Below, in pieces: positions 34,136 through 47,689 of a stretch of 64,000 bases of DNA; the first letter of the stretch is position 1; each line of letters starts with the position of its first letter. A program made the translations under genes and the position numbers. This DNA comes from Octopus sinensis (taxonomy: Eukaryota): assembly GCF_006345805.1 (NCBI RefSeq), contig NC_042999.1, positions 130,882,001 to 130,946,000 on the forward strand, read 5' to 3'. Below the pieces are notes generated by a model, which did not search any database, was not told the DNA's origin, and saw nothing but the letters and a program-made list of their open reading frames with translations.

Positions 34136-34362
34136 TTAACCCTTTTGTTACCAACCTGGCTGAAACCAGCTCTGGCTCTGAGTACAAATGTCTTGTTTTC
34201 ATAAGTTTGGAATTAAAATCTTCCACAAACCTTAGTCAGAATTTATGTTCCTAACACTAGCTGAATGATAACTAAGTTATTTTACTAAATTCTTTGTTAT
34301 ATTTAAAGTAATTGAAAGAAACACAGAGCATCTCAAAATAAATACAGTAACAAAAGGGTTAA
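34136..34362. mobile_element. piggyBac-type MITE with TTAA TSD
   Basis: TTAA-cccttttgttac ... gtaacaaaaggg-TTAA; perfect 12-bp TIR. Confidence 0.9.
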
Positions 34363-35019
34363 ACATAAGGCACGAAATTTAGAGTAAGAGGGCTAGTCAA
34401 TTATATCAACCCCAGTGCTTGACAGGTACTAATTTTATTTACCCCAAAAGAATGAAAGATAAAGTCAACTGCCCTCATGTTAGAGATAATAATAAAATAA
34501 ATTTTACATAGAAAGAAGGAACATGCAGCAGGCTAAAGGAAAATGACTTTCAGACCTGATTCCAAAAGTGGCAGGAATGCTGGGACAGGTGGAGTGCTGT
34601 GCAAGATGACTATTTCAAAGGAGATGAGGTTAAATCTTGGGTAAATAAGTTATTTTTTATTAAACATAACAAGTCTGAAAACCTTTTGATACCACCTCAT
34701 ATATATATATACACCTGCATACACAAACACACACACACACACACATGCAGTTTTAAGATACATCATGTAGGTGCTCTGAGATGCATCGTCTGTGATGTTT
34801 TGGGGATCTCAGAGCATTTTAGGTCTTTTAACATCAAACCCCCTCACCAAGTTGACCCAACTGGGGTTGATCAAGTCCCTGCTTGCACCTCAGTAACAAA
34901 AATCCATTGGTCTGCCCTCTTTATTGAAAGTCACCCAGTGGCCATCTCTGCAGCTTCAGTGATGGAATTTATAGCCTTCCTCTTTGCTGTGCTAGTAACT
35001 CCAAGCCTAGTCAGAGCTT

Positions 35020-35350
35020 TGCAGAATATTAAAGTAAAGACCGCCTTTGGTCATGAATGACCATGGCATTGGACCTAGAAAGTTACCCTCCATGGCACAA
35101 ATCCAGACAAAGTTGTTTATAGAAAACCAGCAGTTACCTCCCCTCTCCACACCACTGATGCTACCCAAGGAAAGGCAAAGGCTGATACAGCTTGGAGCCA
35201 GTGATGCCACAACTCATTTCTACTGTTGAGTGAACTGGAGCAACATGAAATAAAGTGTTTTACTCAAGAACACAGTACACAGTCCAGTTCAGGAATTGAA
35301 CTCAGTACCTCATGATTATGAGCCTGATGCCCTAACCACTGAGCCATGCA
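35020..35350 (-). mobile_element. tRNA/CORE-type SINE (family of 45915-46250)
   Basis: Reverse complement of the head (gcatggctcagtggttaggg...gagttcaattcctg) and body. Confidence 0.8.
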
Positions 35351-36280
35351 CCTCATTTTTGGTTCAGTCTTACTGTGTGGCACTTTGGATAAGTGTCTTG
35401 TACAATAGCTCTGGAGTGGCTAAAGCCTAGCAAGTGGATTTGGTGGATAGTAACTGAAAGAAGCTTGTTGTGTATGTGTGTGTGTGTATGTATGTGTGTA
35501 CATGCAAGTGTGTTTGTTTGTGTGTGTGTGTGCATGCATATGCATACATGTGTGCATCCACACATTACAAGTGTGTGTGAGTTGGTGTCGTGTTTTGAAA
35601 TCAGGGAATTGTTGTAAAACATATGTTACTGTCATATGTTACAGTCTGCCTTGATTTAACATGTTAACCATGGAGAAATAATACCTTACTTGGAAATAGG
35701 TGAGGGTTGATAACAAGAAGGGTATCCAGTCATAGAAAATTTGACTCAACAAATTCCATCTGATTCAAGCAAGCATAGAAAAGTGAACACTAAAACAATA
35801 ATGATGATGATGATGATTCTTCCTCTGGAAAATTCAACGAGTGCTGAGATCTGTTTTGTGTGGCATTAAGCATATCAATAGATATTTCCTTTGATAGAAC
35901 ATCACTATAACACAGGAAATATTACCAGATGATCTAGTGCCTATTCCCAATTAAACAAACTGAGACATGTAGAATTAACTGCCTTGCACAAATATATATT
36001 TAAAATATGCCTGTAATAGAATTGAACTTAAAATATATAACTTGGGAGCCCACTATAATACAATTGGCCTTTTTCCTTCTAACAAGGAACATTGCCCTAA
36101 TAAAGCTATTCTCTGACATTTAATTTAATTTTTTGTTTTCTCAATAAACTAAATCAGAAATTACATCAAGGAATAATATATCTACAACTATAGCAAGTAC
36201 CTTAAAATAGGAAAGCAATCAACAAGCCAAGTCTATGACCTAGTTTTCATCTCAAGCTGAAGTCATCTAAGTTAACTTAC

Positions 36281-36302
36281 AACGTTCCACCTCCAAAATT
36301 TT
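36281..36302 (-). CDS. Candidate 22-nt microexon
   Basis: tatttatattttttcttag|aaaattttggaggtggaacgtt|gtaagt; splice signals only. Confidence 0.33.
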
Positions 36303-36687
36303 CTAAGAAAAAATATAAATATTGCTAAAACCTTTCCATTAATAGATGTTAACAAAAAACAGTTATGAAGCAAATATGAAATATATTATCTGATTATTAT
36401 TATTGCCGACCGGTATTTGTGCTAACACTTAACTATAGTGATACTGTCTATAAACGTGATTCTCCTTAGATCAACTAATACAACTCCAAGCTAAAACATT
36501 TAATTTTATTTTCAGCTGTACCTGTTTACTTCGTCTGCAAACCAAATTTAAATTGTTTCTCATAAGTAGTTTGGTTGTTTTTTGTTGTTTTTTTTCTCAT
36601 TATGATAGAAAGGAATGGCAAAACTTACACATAAGCAAACAAATACACATGTGCACGTGCATACAAGCACTCACAGAGAGGGAGAGT

Positions 36688-36722
<35 letters not shown>

Positions 36723-36769
36723 AAGGCAAACAGGCAAATAGAAAAGTACATTCAAATACAAACACAGAC

Positions 36770-36871
36770 GTATACACATGCGTGTGTGCATAAATGTATG
36801 TGCATGTGTGTGTGTATATATATATATCAGTGTGTGTATATGTTTGTATACATACATACACACATACATAC

Positions 36872-36937
<66 letters not shown>

Positions 36938-36975
36938 TATTTACATATATATATATGTGTATATATATATATATT
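36770..36975. repeat. Compound (TG)n/(TA)n microsatellite
   Basis: Directly visible. Confidence 0.95.
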
Positions 36976-37349
36976 TGAAGCTAATGATTCATTCCTTCAC
37001 TATTCCAAATTCTTCACCTTCATGCGTTCATCTTCTTGTTGCCTGAATGAATGCACAATAGTGAAAAACTCATAGTGGTGACAGTGAATCACACACACAC
37101 ACACACACAATTTTTTATCTTTTACTTGATTCAGTCATTGGACTATGGTTATATGCTGGAGCACCACTTTCAAGAGTTAGGTTAAGCAAATGAACTCTAG
37201 CACTTACTATTTTTGCCTGGTACTTGTTCTATTACTCTCTCTTGCCAAACTGATAAGTTACAGGGATGTAAACAACCCAACACTGGTTCTCAAGCAATGG
37301 AGGTGGGAACAAACAAAATGGCAGACATACATTAACATGCAGATACATA

Positions 37350-37503
37350 CACACTCATGGCTGCATGGTAAGAAGCTTGCTTCCCAACCACATGGCTCTG
37401 GGTCCCACAATGTGGCAACTGGGGGGAGTATCTTCTACTATAGCCTCAGGCTAACCAAAGCTGTGTGAGTGGATTTGGTAGACAGAAACTGAAAGAAGCC
37501 CAT

Positions 37504-37539
<36 letters not shown>

Positions 37540-37765
37540 GTGTGTATGTTTGTCCATGTTTGTCCCCCACTACCACTTGACAACCAGTGTTGGTGCATTT
37601 ACACCCCATCACTTAGCGGTTCGGCAAGAGTGACCAAAAGATTAAGTACCAGGCTTAACAAAAAATAAGTACTGGAGTTGATAAATTCGACTAAAAATTC
37701 TTCAAGGTGGTGCCCCAGCATGGCCACCACAGCCTAATGACTGAAACAAGTAAAAGGTAAACAAT
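37350..37765 (+). mobile_element. CORE-type SINE
   Basis: Matches 6842-7235 with central (GT)n and hairpin tail. Confidence 0.85.
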
Positions 37766-37769
37766 AAAA

Positions 37770-37795
37770 TATATACATATATATATATATATATA

Positions 37796-37828
<33 letters not shown>

Positions 37829-37866
37829 GCATCTATCTATCTATCTATATATATATATATACATAC

Positions 37867-37913
<47 letters not shown>

Positions 37914-37951
37914 ATAAACATACATATATATATAAACATACATATATATAT

Positions 37952-37998
<47 letters not shown>

Positions 37999-38042
37999 GT
38001 ATGTATATATATATAGATAGATAGATATATATATATATAGAT

Positions 38043-38077
<35 letters not shown>

Positions 38078-38092
38078 CATATATATATATAT

Positions 38093-38132
<40 letters not shown>

Positions 38133-38143
38133 TATATATATAA
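37770..38143. repeat. Long compound (TA)n/(TATC)n/(TACA)n microsatellite
   Basis: Directly visible. Confidence 0.95.
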
Positions 38144-38389
38144 TGCTTGTTTCTATCAGTTTCAGCATTTGAGTGTTTGAAGGAGAGGGCTTAAAGTTAA
38201 AAAGAGTAATAGAAAGAAAAAGGACGAAAAAAAAACACTAAGAAACTGCATCTATTTTCAATGGATGCATGAATGTAAGTTCAGTCCAGGTATGGGTTTT
38301 GCCATGAAGTCACAATGGGGACATTGATGATTTTGATGTTGCCTGGGATTGTGTGTTTGTTGGTTGCAACATATAGTTCTTCTATTGTT

Positions 38390-38890
38390 CTTTTTCTTCA
38401 ACTCAAATTGTTTGGATGCATCGTCACACAATTTATGCCATGCAGATTGATCTAGGCAATGACTTTTTCAAGATGTCAGATTAAGATGTATAGATTTTAG
38501 TGTTTGCCTCAGCTTATTCTTATATCTAAGGAGAGTTCTGCCTTTACCACGATATCCTCCACTTGTTGGTCATATAGCAGAAATTTCAGAATGTCAGTCA
38601 TTTTTCATTTGAACAACATTCTACCCATCTGCACTGGATTCTCATCAACATGCTTTGGATACTGGAGATGTCAGATTCTTCTAAGATTTTGATATTGGAT
38701 GTCTTATCTTGCCATGTTATGTTGCATATGTTGTGCAAACAGCACATGTGCAAGGTTTTGAGTTTCTTGATATGTCTGTTACAGAAAGTACATACTTCTG
38801 CCCCATACAAGAGTGTGCTCAAAATACAAGATTTATATACAATTATTTTAGTTTCCAGACTGACATCATGTTCATCCCACAAATGATGGG
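38390..38890 (-). mobile_element. RTE-clade LINE fragment (distinct family)
   Basis: SLETKIIVYKSCILSTLLYGAE...NITWQDKTSNIKILE...RW. Confidence 0.85.
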
Positions 38891-40499
38891 CAAGTCTTCC
38901 AAAAGCACTTGTAGCTCCACACAGTTTCCCTCTACAAAGTTCCCTTACAATGCATTGGTTGGCCAGGAGGCTATAGTAGAAAAAAATTTAGCCAAGGTGT
39001 TGCACAGTTGAACAAACCTGAAACCATGTAGCTGCAAAGCAAGCTTCTTGATTACACAGCCATACCTAAACCTAACAAGCTGTGCCTGCGTGTTCCTTTT
39101 TCCATTCTTGTCAGAGTCCAAAAGAATTAATTTAGATTTTCATTAACCAGAAGCCCTTCCTATCATAAACCCTCATCTGTTTCTAAGCATGGTAATATTT
39201 ACCCACAGGAAAACATGTTTTCATGGAAGATAAGAAAGTAATGATATTGCTTGCTAGATGATGGCACACATTTACAACTAATGTCAACATAAGGAGAAAC
39301 ACATACACACACCTACATGTATATATTTATACACATACACTCACATACACACACACATTCACACAAACTTGCACACACTCAGCATGAACGATATATATAT
39401 ACAGAGGGTGAGAGAGTGTGGTAAATATATATATATAGGGTGGGAGAAGTTTACAATGAGAAAAACGTAATTGAAAGAGATATATAAATAGAGAGAGAGA
39501 GAGAAATGTTTTCTGTTGTTGTCAAAGATTTTAAAATTTTAAAATCAAGTGAAAATGTTCAAATTTCATATATCGATGTATTTTTTCATGCTGAATCCAA
39601 TTTTGTGATTCATTTATTCCAGAAAGCTTTTAGAAAAATGTTACTAAGGTTTAAAGTGTGATAATTTTTATCCAATCAGAAAACAGGATCTGGAAGCTAG
39701 TATTTTCTGCATGATAGCTGTCTATTGTATAATGAAAGTAAACATTACGACAAAGTTTTAAACAAAATGAAAGCAATTACATGCCATGTCAAGAGAGAGA
39801 ATGGGGAGCAGCATGCAAAAGAGATCTACATATTTCAGACAGATAGTGATAAAAAGTGTGGTAAATATATAGAGAGGGGAAAGGCATAAAAGAAAGAGAG
39901 CTTTATGGAGACAAAGAGTGGTAGATTTGTTGATCTAAATGCTGAGTTATTTCTCATAGCAAATTACAACTTTGATTAATCATAATAGACAATTTGTCAT
40001 TGGGATGCAGATTTTGAAAATCAAATCCGTTTTTCTCGAGGACTCACTACTTTGGAGCTTTTCTGTGGCATATTCACCAACATACACATATATACTCTCA
40101 TTTTTATAGTAGATATATTCAATATATGCATACACACTCACACACACGTGTGCATGCACATGCAGCACACACACACACACAACCACATATAGCCATTTAT
40201 GTATCGAGAAAGAAGTGATTTTTCCCATTGACCATAAATAAAGTAGTAACAACAGGGTGAAAAGCCCTGAAGAAGTCACAAGAGCATCTCAGGGGGTGCA
40301 ACAATTGAATGTAAAGTGGCCCTGTAAAGGGCTGTGCTATCATTCTCACAATAGCCCTTAAAAGGATTATTAACTGTTCACAGGTATAAACATCCTTTTT
40401 TGTTCACATGAAAAGCAGTGGGTGCAGTGATGTGAAAACTGAAGCCATCTGCAAGCAGATTGAGAAGCTGTAACAGACAAAAAAAAAAAACTTAAGAAA

Positions 40500-40920
40500 A
40501 ACAGGCAATTTTGAAAGAATGGCAACAATTCGGCAGGGAAGCTGCGGTATGTTGGATGGCCTATAGCACCTCACAGGTGACATTTTTCGATTTGGCTTTA
40601 AGGGCAAACACAAAAAAGATTTTTGTGCATCTGACTCTTGAGTATCCAACGTATAATTGGCCATGCGAGAAGCATGGTTGGCCTAACATTGTTAGTGTTT
40701 GGCCTTGGGACTTGTTGATGGACATGGCAAAGCAAGGTTCAAGAGGAAACTGAAGTCGACGTGCGGGACAGAAGTATCCTGGGTATAAAGATGTTGTCTG
40801 ATGCTGCAACCCGTAAGAATTGTTGCTTCAATAACATGAGGCAGCACATTTTTTACCACTAACCACATTCCATTGCACAGATGTGGTGGCTCAAGGTTCT
40901 TCAGCAGCATGACCGGAGAT
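40500..40920 (-). mobile_element. Helitron PIF1-type helicase C-terminal relic
   Basis: LLKNLEPPHLCNG...VIEATILTG; RRLQFP...FAMSINKSQGQTL...CFSHGQLYV.YSRV. Confidence 0.9.
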
Positions 40921-41684
40921 CCAATTCAGTCAAAAATGAGGAATTTAAGGGAAAAAAACTAGTTTTCTATTCAGTTTTTCATAAATGTTGGTCATATGTG
41001 GATGAATTCTGTGCAAATTGGAGTCCCCTAACATTATCCTTAAGATGAGTAAATAGTGTGTAAAGTTTGAACACAATCCACCAAAGCAGTGAGAAGTTTT
41101 TGAAGATTTAAAGGGGAAAAAGTGTATAAAATCAATCTTTTCACAGTTTTTTGTGGTTTTTTGTCACACAGGGTTGCCTTTGGACATAGAACAGATACTT
41201 AATAGAATCACCATTACATGGTGGTTTTTTAGCTGTAAAAACCAAGAAAATTGGACTTTCCAGTAAAAATTTTTCTACCATGTAACCTTTCAAAATGCAA
41301 AAAATCAATTTTTTCTAAAGTTTTCCACAATTTTCTTGGGAATCAGAGGCCCCAAGGCAGTGCCAAAATATTTGTCTGAAATGTCGCAACATGATAGTCC
41401 TTTTAGCACCAAGATTATAAAAAATTGGATGTTCCTGTAAAAATTTTTCTCGTGTGCAACTTTGCCTTTTTTTGCAAAATGTGTGTATGTGTGAGGTCCT
41501 TTCAGTTTAATCGCTTTTTCTTCTAGAAGCGAGTATCTCTAGGCATCGGTAATGTGGTAGTGACCTGCCTGGCTAAATTTGCCATTTAATAAAAAAATTT
41601 CATCAAAATTGGATGAAAAATGTGGAAATGCATAAAAAGCATATACACACACACACGCATTTTGACTTTTATATATATCATCAT

Positions 41685-42200
41685 CATCATCATCATCATT
41701 TAGCGTCCGTTTTCCATGCTAGCATGGGTTGGACGGTTCTACTGGGGTCTGTGAAGCCAGAAGGCTTCATCAGGCCCAGTCAAATCTGGCAGTGTTTCTA
41801 CGGCTGGATGCCCTTCCTAACGCCAACCACTCCGTGAGTGTAGTGGGTGCTTTTTACGTGCCACCCGCACTGGTGCCAGACAGAGCTGGCAAACGGCCAC
41901 GAACGGATGGTGCTTTTTATGTGCCACCAGCACGAGGGCCAGGCGAGGCTGGCAACGGACACGAAACGGGGCGGTGCTGGCAACGGTCGCGAAACGGAAA
42001 GTTCTCTTACATGCCACCGGCACTGGTAACACATCTGCAATTTCCATTGATCGATTTCGATTCTGATCCTCACTTGCCTCGATGGGTCTTCACAAGCAGA
42101 GTTTCGACATGCCACCGGCACTGGTAGCACATCCGCAATTTCCATTGATCGATTTCGATTCTGATTCTCACTTGCCTCAACACGTCTTCACAAGTAGAGT
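41685..42200 (-). mobile_element. RTE 3' UTR/tail fragment; includes ~98-bp tandem duplication (about 42009-42200)
   Basis: (cat)n then reverse complement of RTE tail and gtggcac units. Confidence 0.85.
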
Positions 42201-42283
42201 TATATATATATAACGGGAAGCTTTATGAAAATAAACAAAAGACGAAGGCAGGTGGAAATATATATATATATATATATATATAT

Positions 42284-42770
42284 ATCATCATCATCATCAT
42301 CGTCGTCGGTTAACGTCCGTTCTTCATGCTAGCATAGGTTGGACTGTTCGACCTGGGAAGCCAGAAGGCCGCACCAGGCTCCAGTCTGATCTGGTAGTGT
42401 TTCTACAGCTGGATGCTCTTCCTAACGCCAACCACTCCATGAGTGTAGTGGGTGCTTTTTACGTGCCACCAGCACAGGTGCCAGGCGAGGCTGGCAACGG
42501 CCATGATCGGATTGGTGCTTTTTACGTGCCACCGGTACAGAAGCCAGTCAAGGCGGCGCTGGCATTGGCCACGTTCGGATGATGCTTTTTACGTGCCACC
42601 AGCCCAAGGATTACAACTACAGTTTCCATTGATTTTTGATGTTGGTGTACTTGACTCTATAGATCTCCTCAAGCATAGGGTCAAAACGATGTTTCTTTAC
42701 TTGCCACCTGCACAGGAGTCAGTCCAGTGGCACTGGCAAATGTCGGGTGCCAGTCATAGGATTGGTTCAA
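42284..42770 (-). mobile_element. RTE 3' UTR/tail fragment
   Basis: (cat)n, ctggatgctcttcctaacgcc, gtgccacc units. Confidence 0.85.
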
Positions 42771-42775
42771 TTTCG

Positions 42776-42995
42776 ATATTAGACAGAATGAGATAACAAA
42801 GCCAAGACTGTGAGGAGTTTTCGGGATATTTATAATGAAATAGTTTTACAGCTGCTTCTGGGATCTTATGGATATCCCTTCATTAGAGATGGTGTGATGA
42901 AGGGATATCCCAGAAACAGCTGTAAGACTATTTCACTATAAATGTCCTGAAAACTCCTCACAGCCTTGGCTTTGTTATCTCATTCTGTCTAATAT
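42776..42995. repeat. Long imperfect palindrome (~100-bp arms, 9-nt loop) of a second hammerhead-like repeat, head-to-head
   Basis: 42776-42885 is the reverse complement of 42895-42995 apart from scattered substitutions and one short indel. Each arm starts with a (C)UGAUGA...GAAACAGCUGUA-like motif. Confidence 0.85.
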
Positions 42996-43465
42996 ATATG
43001 CATGCTAATACAGGACCCACATCAGACTCCTCAATTGTATCATTATCAAGCCAAGAGTTTAACTACAGTCTGTCCATAGCACTTACTTAGTGTTACCCAA
43101 CACTCTTTGGGTCTTCTAGATACCAATACCTCTTACATATATATATATATATATATAGATACATGTATGTGTGTGTGTGTGTATGTATGCAATGTTTTCC
43201 ACTATTTCAACACAGCTGTTCTGTATGAACCAACACTACTACCATTTTTTAACCCCAAGAGGACCTGATATATATTGCAATATACATCAGATGCAGATTG
43301 CATCAATAACCAGCTAGAGGAAGCGTCCTATTGGGGTTAAAAAATGATAGTAACGTCAATTCGTACAGAACAGCCATGTTGAAGTGGTCACATACATTAC
43401 TTCTCAGTATAGTTACTACTTTCATCTCTGATAGAGATTTTCTTATTATATGTGTGTGTGTGTGT

Positions 43466-43912
43466 GATCTGATCAATAAGTATCCGGACTATTGCCATAG
43501 TAACGAAGCTAAAGCACAAGGAGTGAAGCTCCTTGGCACAAATTGACCTTGAACTCTGCTGTGTATGCGCACTAAGTTTTAACATTCTAGCTCACACCTG
43601 CTGTTTACAGCAGTGCCTGGAAGGAAGTGATTGTTGCATTGTCCATGACAGAGAAAGTTGAGCAGAGGATCTGCATCAAATTTGGCCAAAAGCTTGGCGA
43701 TACCTGCTCAGAGGCCTACGCAAAGTTTTCAAAAAGTTTTCATCATTCTTGATACAGTCAAGGAGATCTTGTGCAACTGAAACCCGAGTGTCTTTTTGGT
43801 CAGCTGAAAGCAGTGTTGGCACAAACTTGGCAGACACATGTCTCATATGCAAATCTTCAGTGATAATGGACTGAACTGAACCATAACTAATCTGTACATC
43901 CTCTAACTCACA
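43466..43912 (-). mobile_element. Second copy of the rearranged mariner derivative (opposite orientation, truncated)
   Basis: TIR + MTEKVEQRICIKF on plus joined at about 43725 to the inverted SAKFVPTLL...DENF segment; same junction as at about 10260. Confidence 0.9.
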
Positions 43913-44499
43913 GAAAGGAATGGGTAAAAAAAAAGTTCTATATATATACATGCATGTGTATGTATGTATGTATGTACACGCAAATGCACATGTAACTGAC
44001 TTTATAGCTATAATCATTAAGATACACTTCAAAAGAGTTAAATACAAGGGAAACAATGTTTGTTGGATTATGTAGTAAAGTTTGTGAAGTCACTGTAACT
44101 TGAGTCACCTCATTCTCCTTCTTTTCACCTCTTTCTGTTTCTTTTGCTCTCTCTCTATCTCTCTTTCTCTGTCTGGCTGTTTGTCAGTCTGTTAAATCTA
44201 ACTATCTACCTACTTATCTGTTTGAAGGGTCTCTTAATCAATGTAAATATAAGGTCAATTTTATTTCATAAAAAGATTTTTTAGTAAACTTCTAAGACCT
44301 TCTGTGTGTGTGTAGATAATAGATATATACGTGCGTGTAAAGGTTAAGCAGGATTACTGAGTAACTAAAGATGCAGGACATCCCAAATAAGTGAAGTGTC
44401 TCAAAAAGTTACAGACTGAAAATAAGAATACACACAATCACTTCTGACATTATTGATAATACTGGAGATATATAATCTGTATATATCTATATATAGGTG

Positions 44500-44760
44500 A
44501 GGCTGTATAGTAAGAAGTTTGCTTCTGAACCACATGGTTCTGATTTCAGTCCCACCATATGGAACTTTGGGCAAGTTCTTCTATTATAGCCCTTGACTGA
44601 CTAAAGCCTTGTGTGTGGACTTGGTAGGTGGAAACTGAAAGCATATTGTGTGTGTGTGTGTGTGTCTGTGCATGAGTGTGTAAGTGTTTGTGTCTAATTG
44701 TCTTGACACTGTGTAATAGTTGTAAATCAGTGTCTCTGTCGTACAAGCAGTGTCATTAAC
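44500..44760 (+). mobile_element. CORE-type SINE (3' truncated)
   Basis: Same head and core as 6842-7235. Confidence 0.8.
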
Positions 44761-45913
44761 TTCACCTTGTTTATAAACCAGCAAAATACAACCATTCTTA
44801 ACAGAACTAATGGTGTTTCAGGAGAATCTGATCCAAAATATAATTGTAAAGATCAAGTAGCTGCCTTTAGATGGAAGTTGCTTAATTAAAGGCATTGTAT
44901 ACAGGGATAAGATTCAGTTGGATAATAACAATCTGTACAAAACATACACAGGTTCCACAGAAAATAGCTTCAAAATGAAACCATATTCACATAGAAATTT
45001 CTTCAAGTACCTGGTCTGCAATGAGCCTGGCCAAACGTGTATGGCAGTTAAAAGGAGCAAGATCTTTCCCATTTAAAATTCATTAGTCCATATTGGAGAA
45101 GGCAACCCCATACAATCACAGGTTACACAGAAACACAGTGAGATGTCTATTATACCTGAGCAAGATTTTTATCCTTTTGCAGGATAAACATGCAGAGCTC
45201 CTGGGTTTTTGCAGACCTGCTTCTGGGTACCTTATGTGCTACGCAATGATTCTAAATGGATTGCCTATTTGGACTTTACAATATATCTCCATTTTTATCA
45301 CACGCTTCCCTGCCTTTTTTTTTTTAATCCCTCTTTGAATGTTGTAAATGATTCTTTTTATGTCACACTGCATTTTATCCATGGTTTTTTTCCAATCATT
45401 TTACATATGTATATTTTAAGTTCAAGTCTAGAAAAAAAATTTTATTGTCATTATTTAAATATAATTGTGTATTACTGAAGGTATTGCAAGTTCTATTAAT
45501 TTTTTTTTCTATATTTTTGTGTTTTGTATGCTATTGCTGGAAATTTAGGTCTTTATAAAATCATATTTTTCATAAAACTAGTATACTAAACCTGTGAACC
45601 TTTCAACAGCCACCAATCTCACAGAAATTTCATCTTTAATATTTACTATATTTTAACTATTTATAATTTTTAACTTGTCCTAAATTACTCTTGTTTATCT
45701 CTATATAAAACTTGCTTTTCTCTCTTTGTTAGTTTCTTGTTTGCATGTTTGGCATACTTACCTATTTCTATGAATTATATAAACATTTTGTGGGCATGTA
45801 TGTATACTTCATGTGTACATATTTAAATGTTTTTTTATGTATATTTGTATGTTGCTTTGCATGTATTTATATATTCCATATATTTGGGAATGTGTGTGTG
45901 TATAGATGTTGAA

Positions 45914-46250
45914 GGCACATGGATCAGTGGTTAGAGTGTTGGGCTCACAATCATGAGTTAATGAGTTTGATTCCTGGACCAGGCTGTGTGTTGTGTTCTT
46001 GAGCAAAACACTTTATTTCATGATCCTCAAGTTACTCTGCTGTAGAAAAGAGTTACAACATCACTAGTTCCAAGCTGTCTCAGCCTTTGCCTTTTCCTTG
46101 GATAACACCAGTGGCATGGAGAGAGGTGGCTGGTATGCATGGGCAGCTACTGGTCTTCTATAAACAACCTTGCTCAGACTTACACCTTGGAGGGGAACTT
46201 TTTAGGTGCAATCCCATGGCCATACATGACCAAAGGGGGCTTTATATAGA
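45914..46250 (+). mobile_element. tRNA/CORE-type SINE
   Basis: ggcacatggatcagtggttagagtg A box, gagtttgattcc B box, gttcttgagcaaaacacttta core. Confidence 0.8.
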
Positions 46251-47689
46251 TGTATGTTTGTATATATGTTTTCATATATGTATGTATACCTTATGTGTAT
46301 TAATAAGTATGTATAAATACATATTTGTGTGAGCATTTAGATGCAGATATATTTTTATGTATATATATATATTTTCTTATATACGTGTATTTTTTCACTT
46401 ACATTTTCTTCTGTGTATGTGTGTTTGTACAATAAACATATAAGCTATTCTTAGAAGTTATGAAACTGCATTCTAACCCTTTGGTTTTAGATTCAAACTC
46501 ACTTTGACTGTCATTTTGAATTAGGCTTATAAGCCTTTAGTCTGCTACATCATCATAATTATCGTTTTGATATCCACTTTTCTATGCTCCTAGACTTGGA
46601 TGGAATTTGTTGAGACAGATTTCTCTATGGCTAGATACCCTTCCTGTTGTCAACCTTCACCTGTTTCCAGGCAAGGTAGTATTAGCTCCATGTCTAGACA
46701 TTGGAAACAAAGGACATTGCATATATAATGGCAACACTTGTTTACAATCATCGCAGGAAGCCATGGCAAGGGAACAGACACTAATATACATCTATAATGG
46801 CTTTCTATCAGTTTACGTTTAATGAATCCATTCATAGGCATTGATTGGCCCAGTGTTATAGTAGAAGACATTTTTCCTGCGTGCCATGCAGAGGGCCTTG
46901 GTAGAGTGTCTTCTGGTATAGCCCTGGGTTATAGTAGCAGTGGAGTGAACCTGTAACCATGTGGTTGGGAAGCAAACTTCTTAAAATACAGCCATGCTTG
47001 CATATTAACTAATAAAAATTCTATATATAGTATTTTAACATGAATAATTCAATAATTTTTTTATTGATTTAAATTGCCTTTTAACAGATAGCTATCAATA
47101 GATAACTAGTCATGATAACCTTACTATTATGTGTAATCAATCTAATACAATTGAATTCATTCACAAACATTCTTTGTGATTTATTGTTGTCAACAATTTA
47201 AATGGTCATATTTTGTGTGATGAGGAAATTTGGAATGTACCAACAATATGTATGCTGACACAGACCTTTATCAGTTTCCTTGCATTCCAAATTTCCTCAT
47301 TGCACAAAATATGATCATGTGAATTGTCAGCATTTTATAATGAATTTTGATAAATTTGAAAAAGTCAGCCCAGAGTTATGGTAGGCAGTTTTTTGAAATA
47401 GCAATATTTTGTATTATGTAAATAGTAGCAATAGATTTTGTTCAGAATGAAAAACAAAATAAATGTTTATTTAATGCCAGCAGACATGTTTATAACTTAG
47501 ATGATATACTGCCACATTGTTTTTTTTAATATATTTATCTTAATTATATTTCACTTGTCTCAGTCATTAGACTGTGGCCTCACTGGAGCATTGTCTTGAA
47601 GGGTTTAGTAAAAAAAATCAACTCCAGGACTTATGTTTTTCTTTTTAAAGCCTGGTATTTATTTTATTGGTATCTTCTGCCAAGCCACT

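Noticed and set aside
36600-38168. Many ORFs rich in Y/I/C/V/H/T (also near 19.3, 20.5, 28.8, 35.4 and 60.7 kb)
   Set aside because: Translations of (TA)n, (TG)n and (CA)n microsatellites; not genes.
44790-45340. Protein-like short ORFs before a T-rich tract (possible terminal exon)
   Set aside because: All frames are interrupted, with no consistent splice or ORF model.
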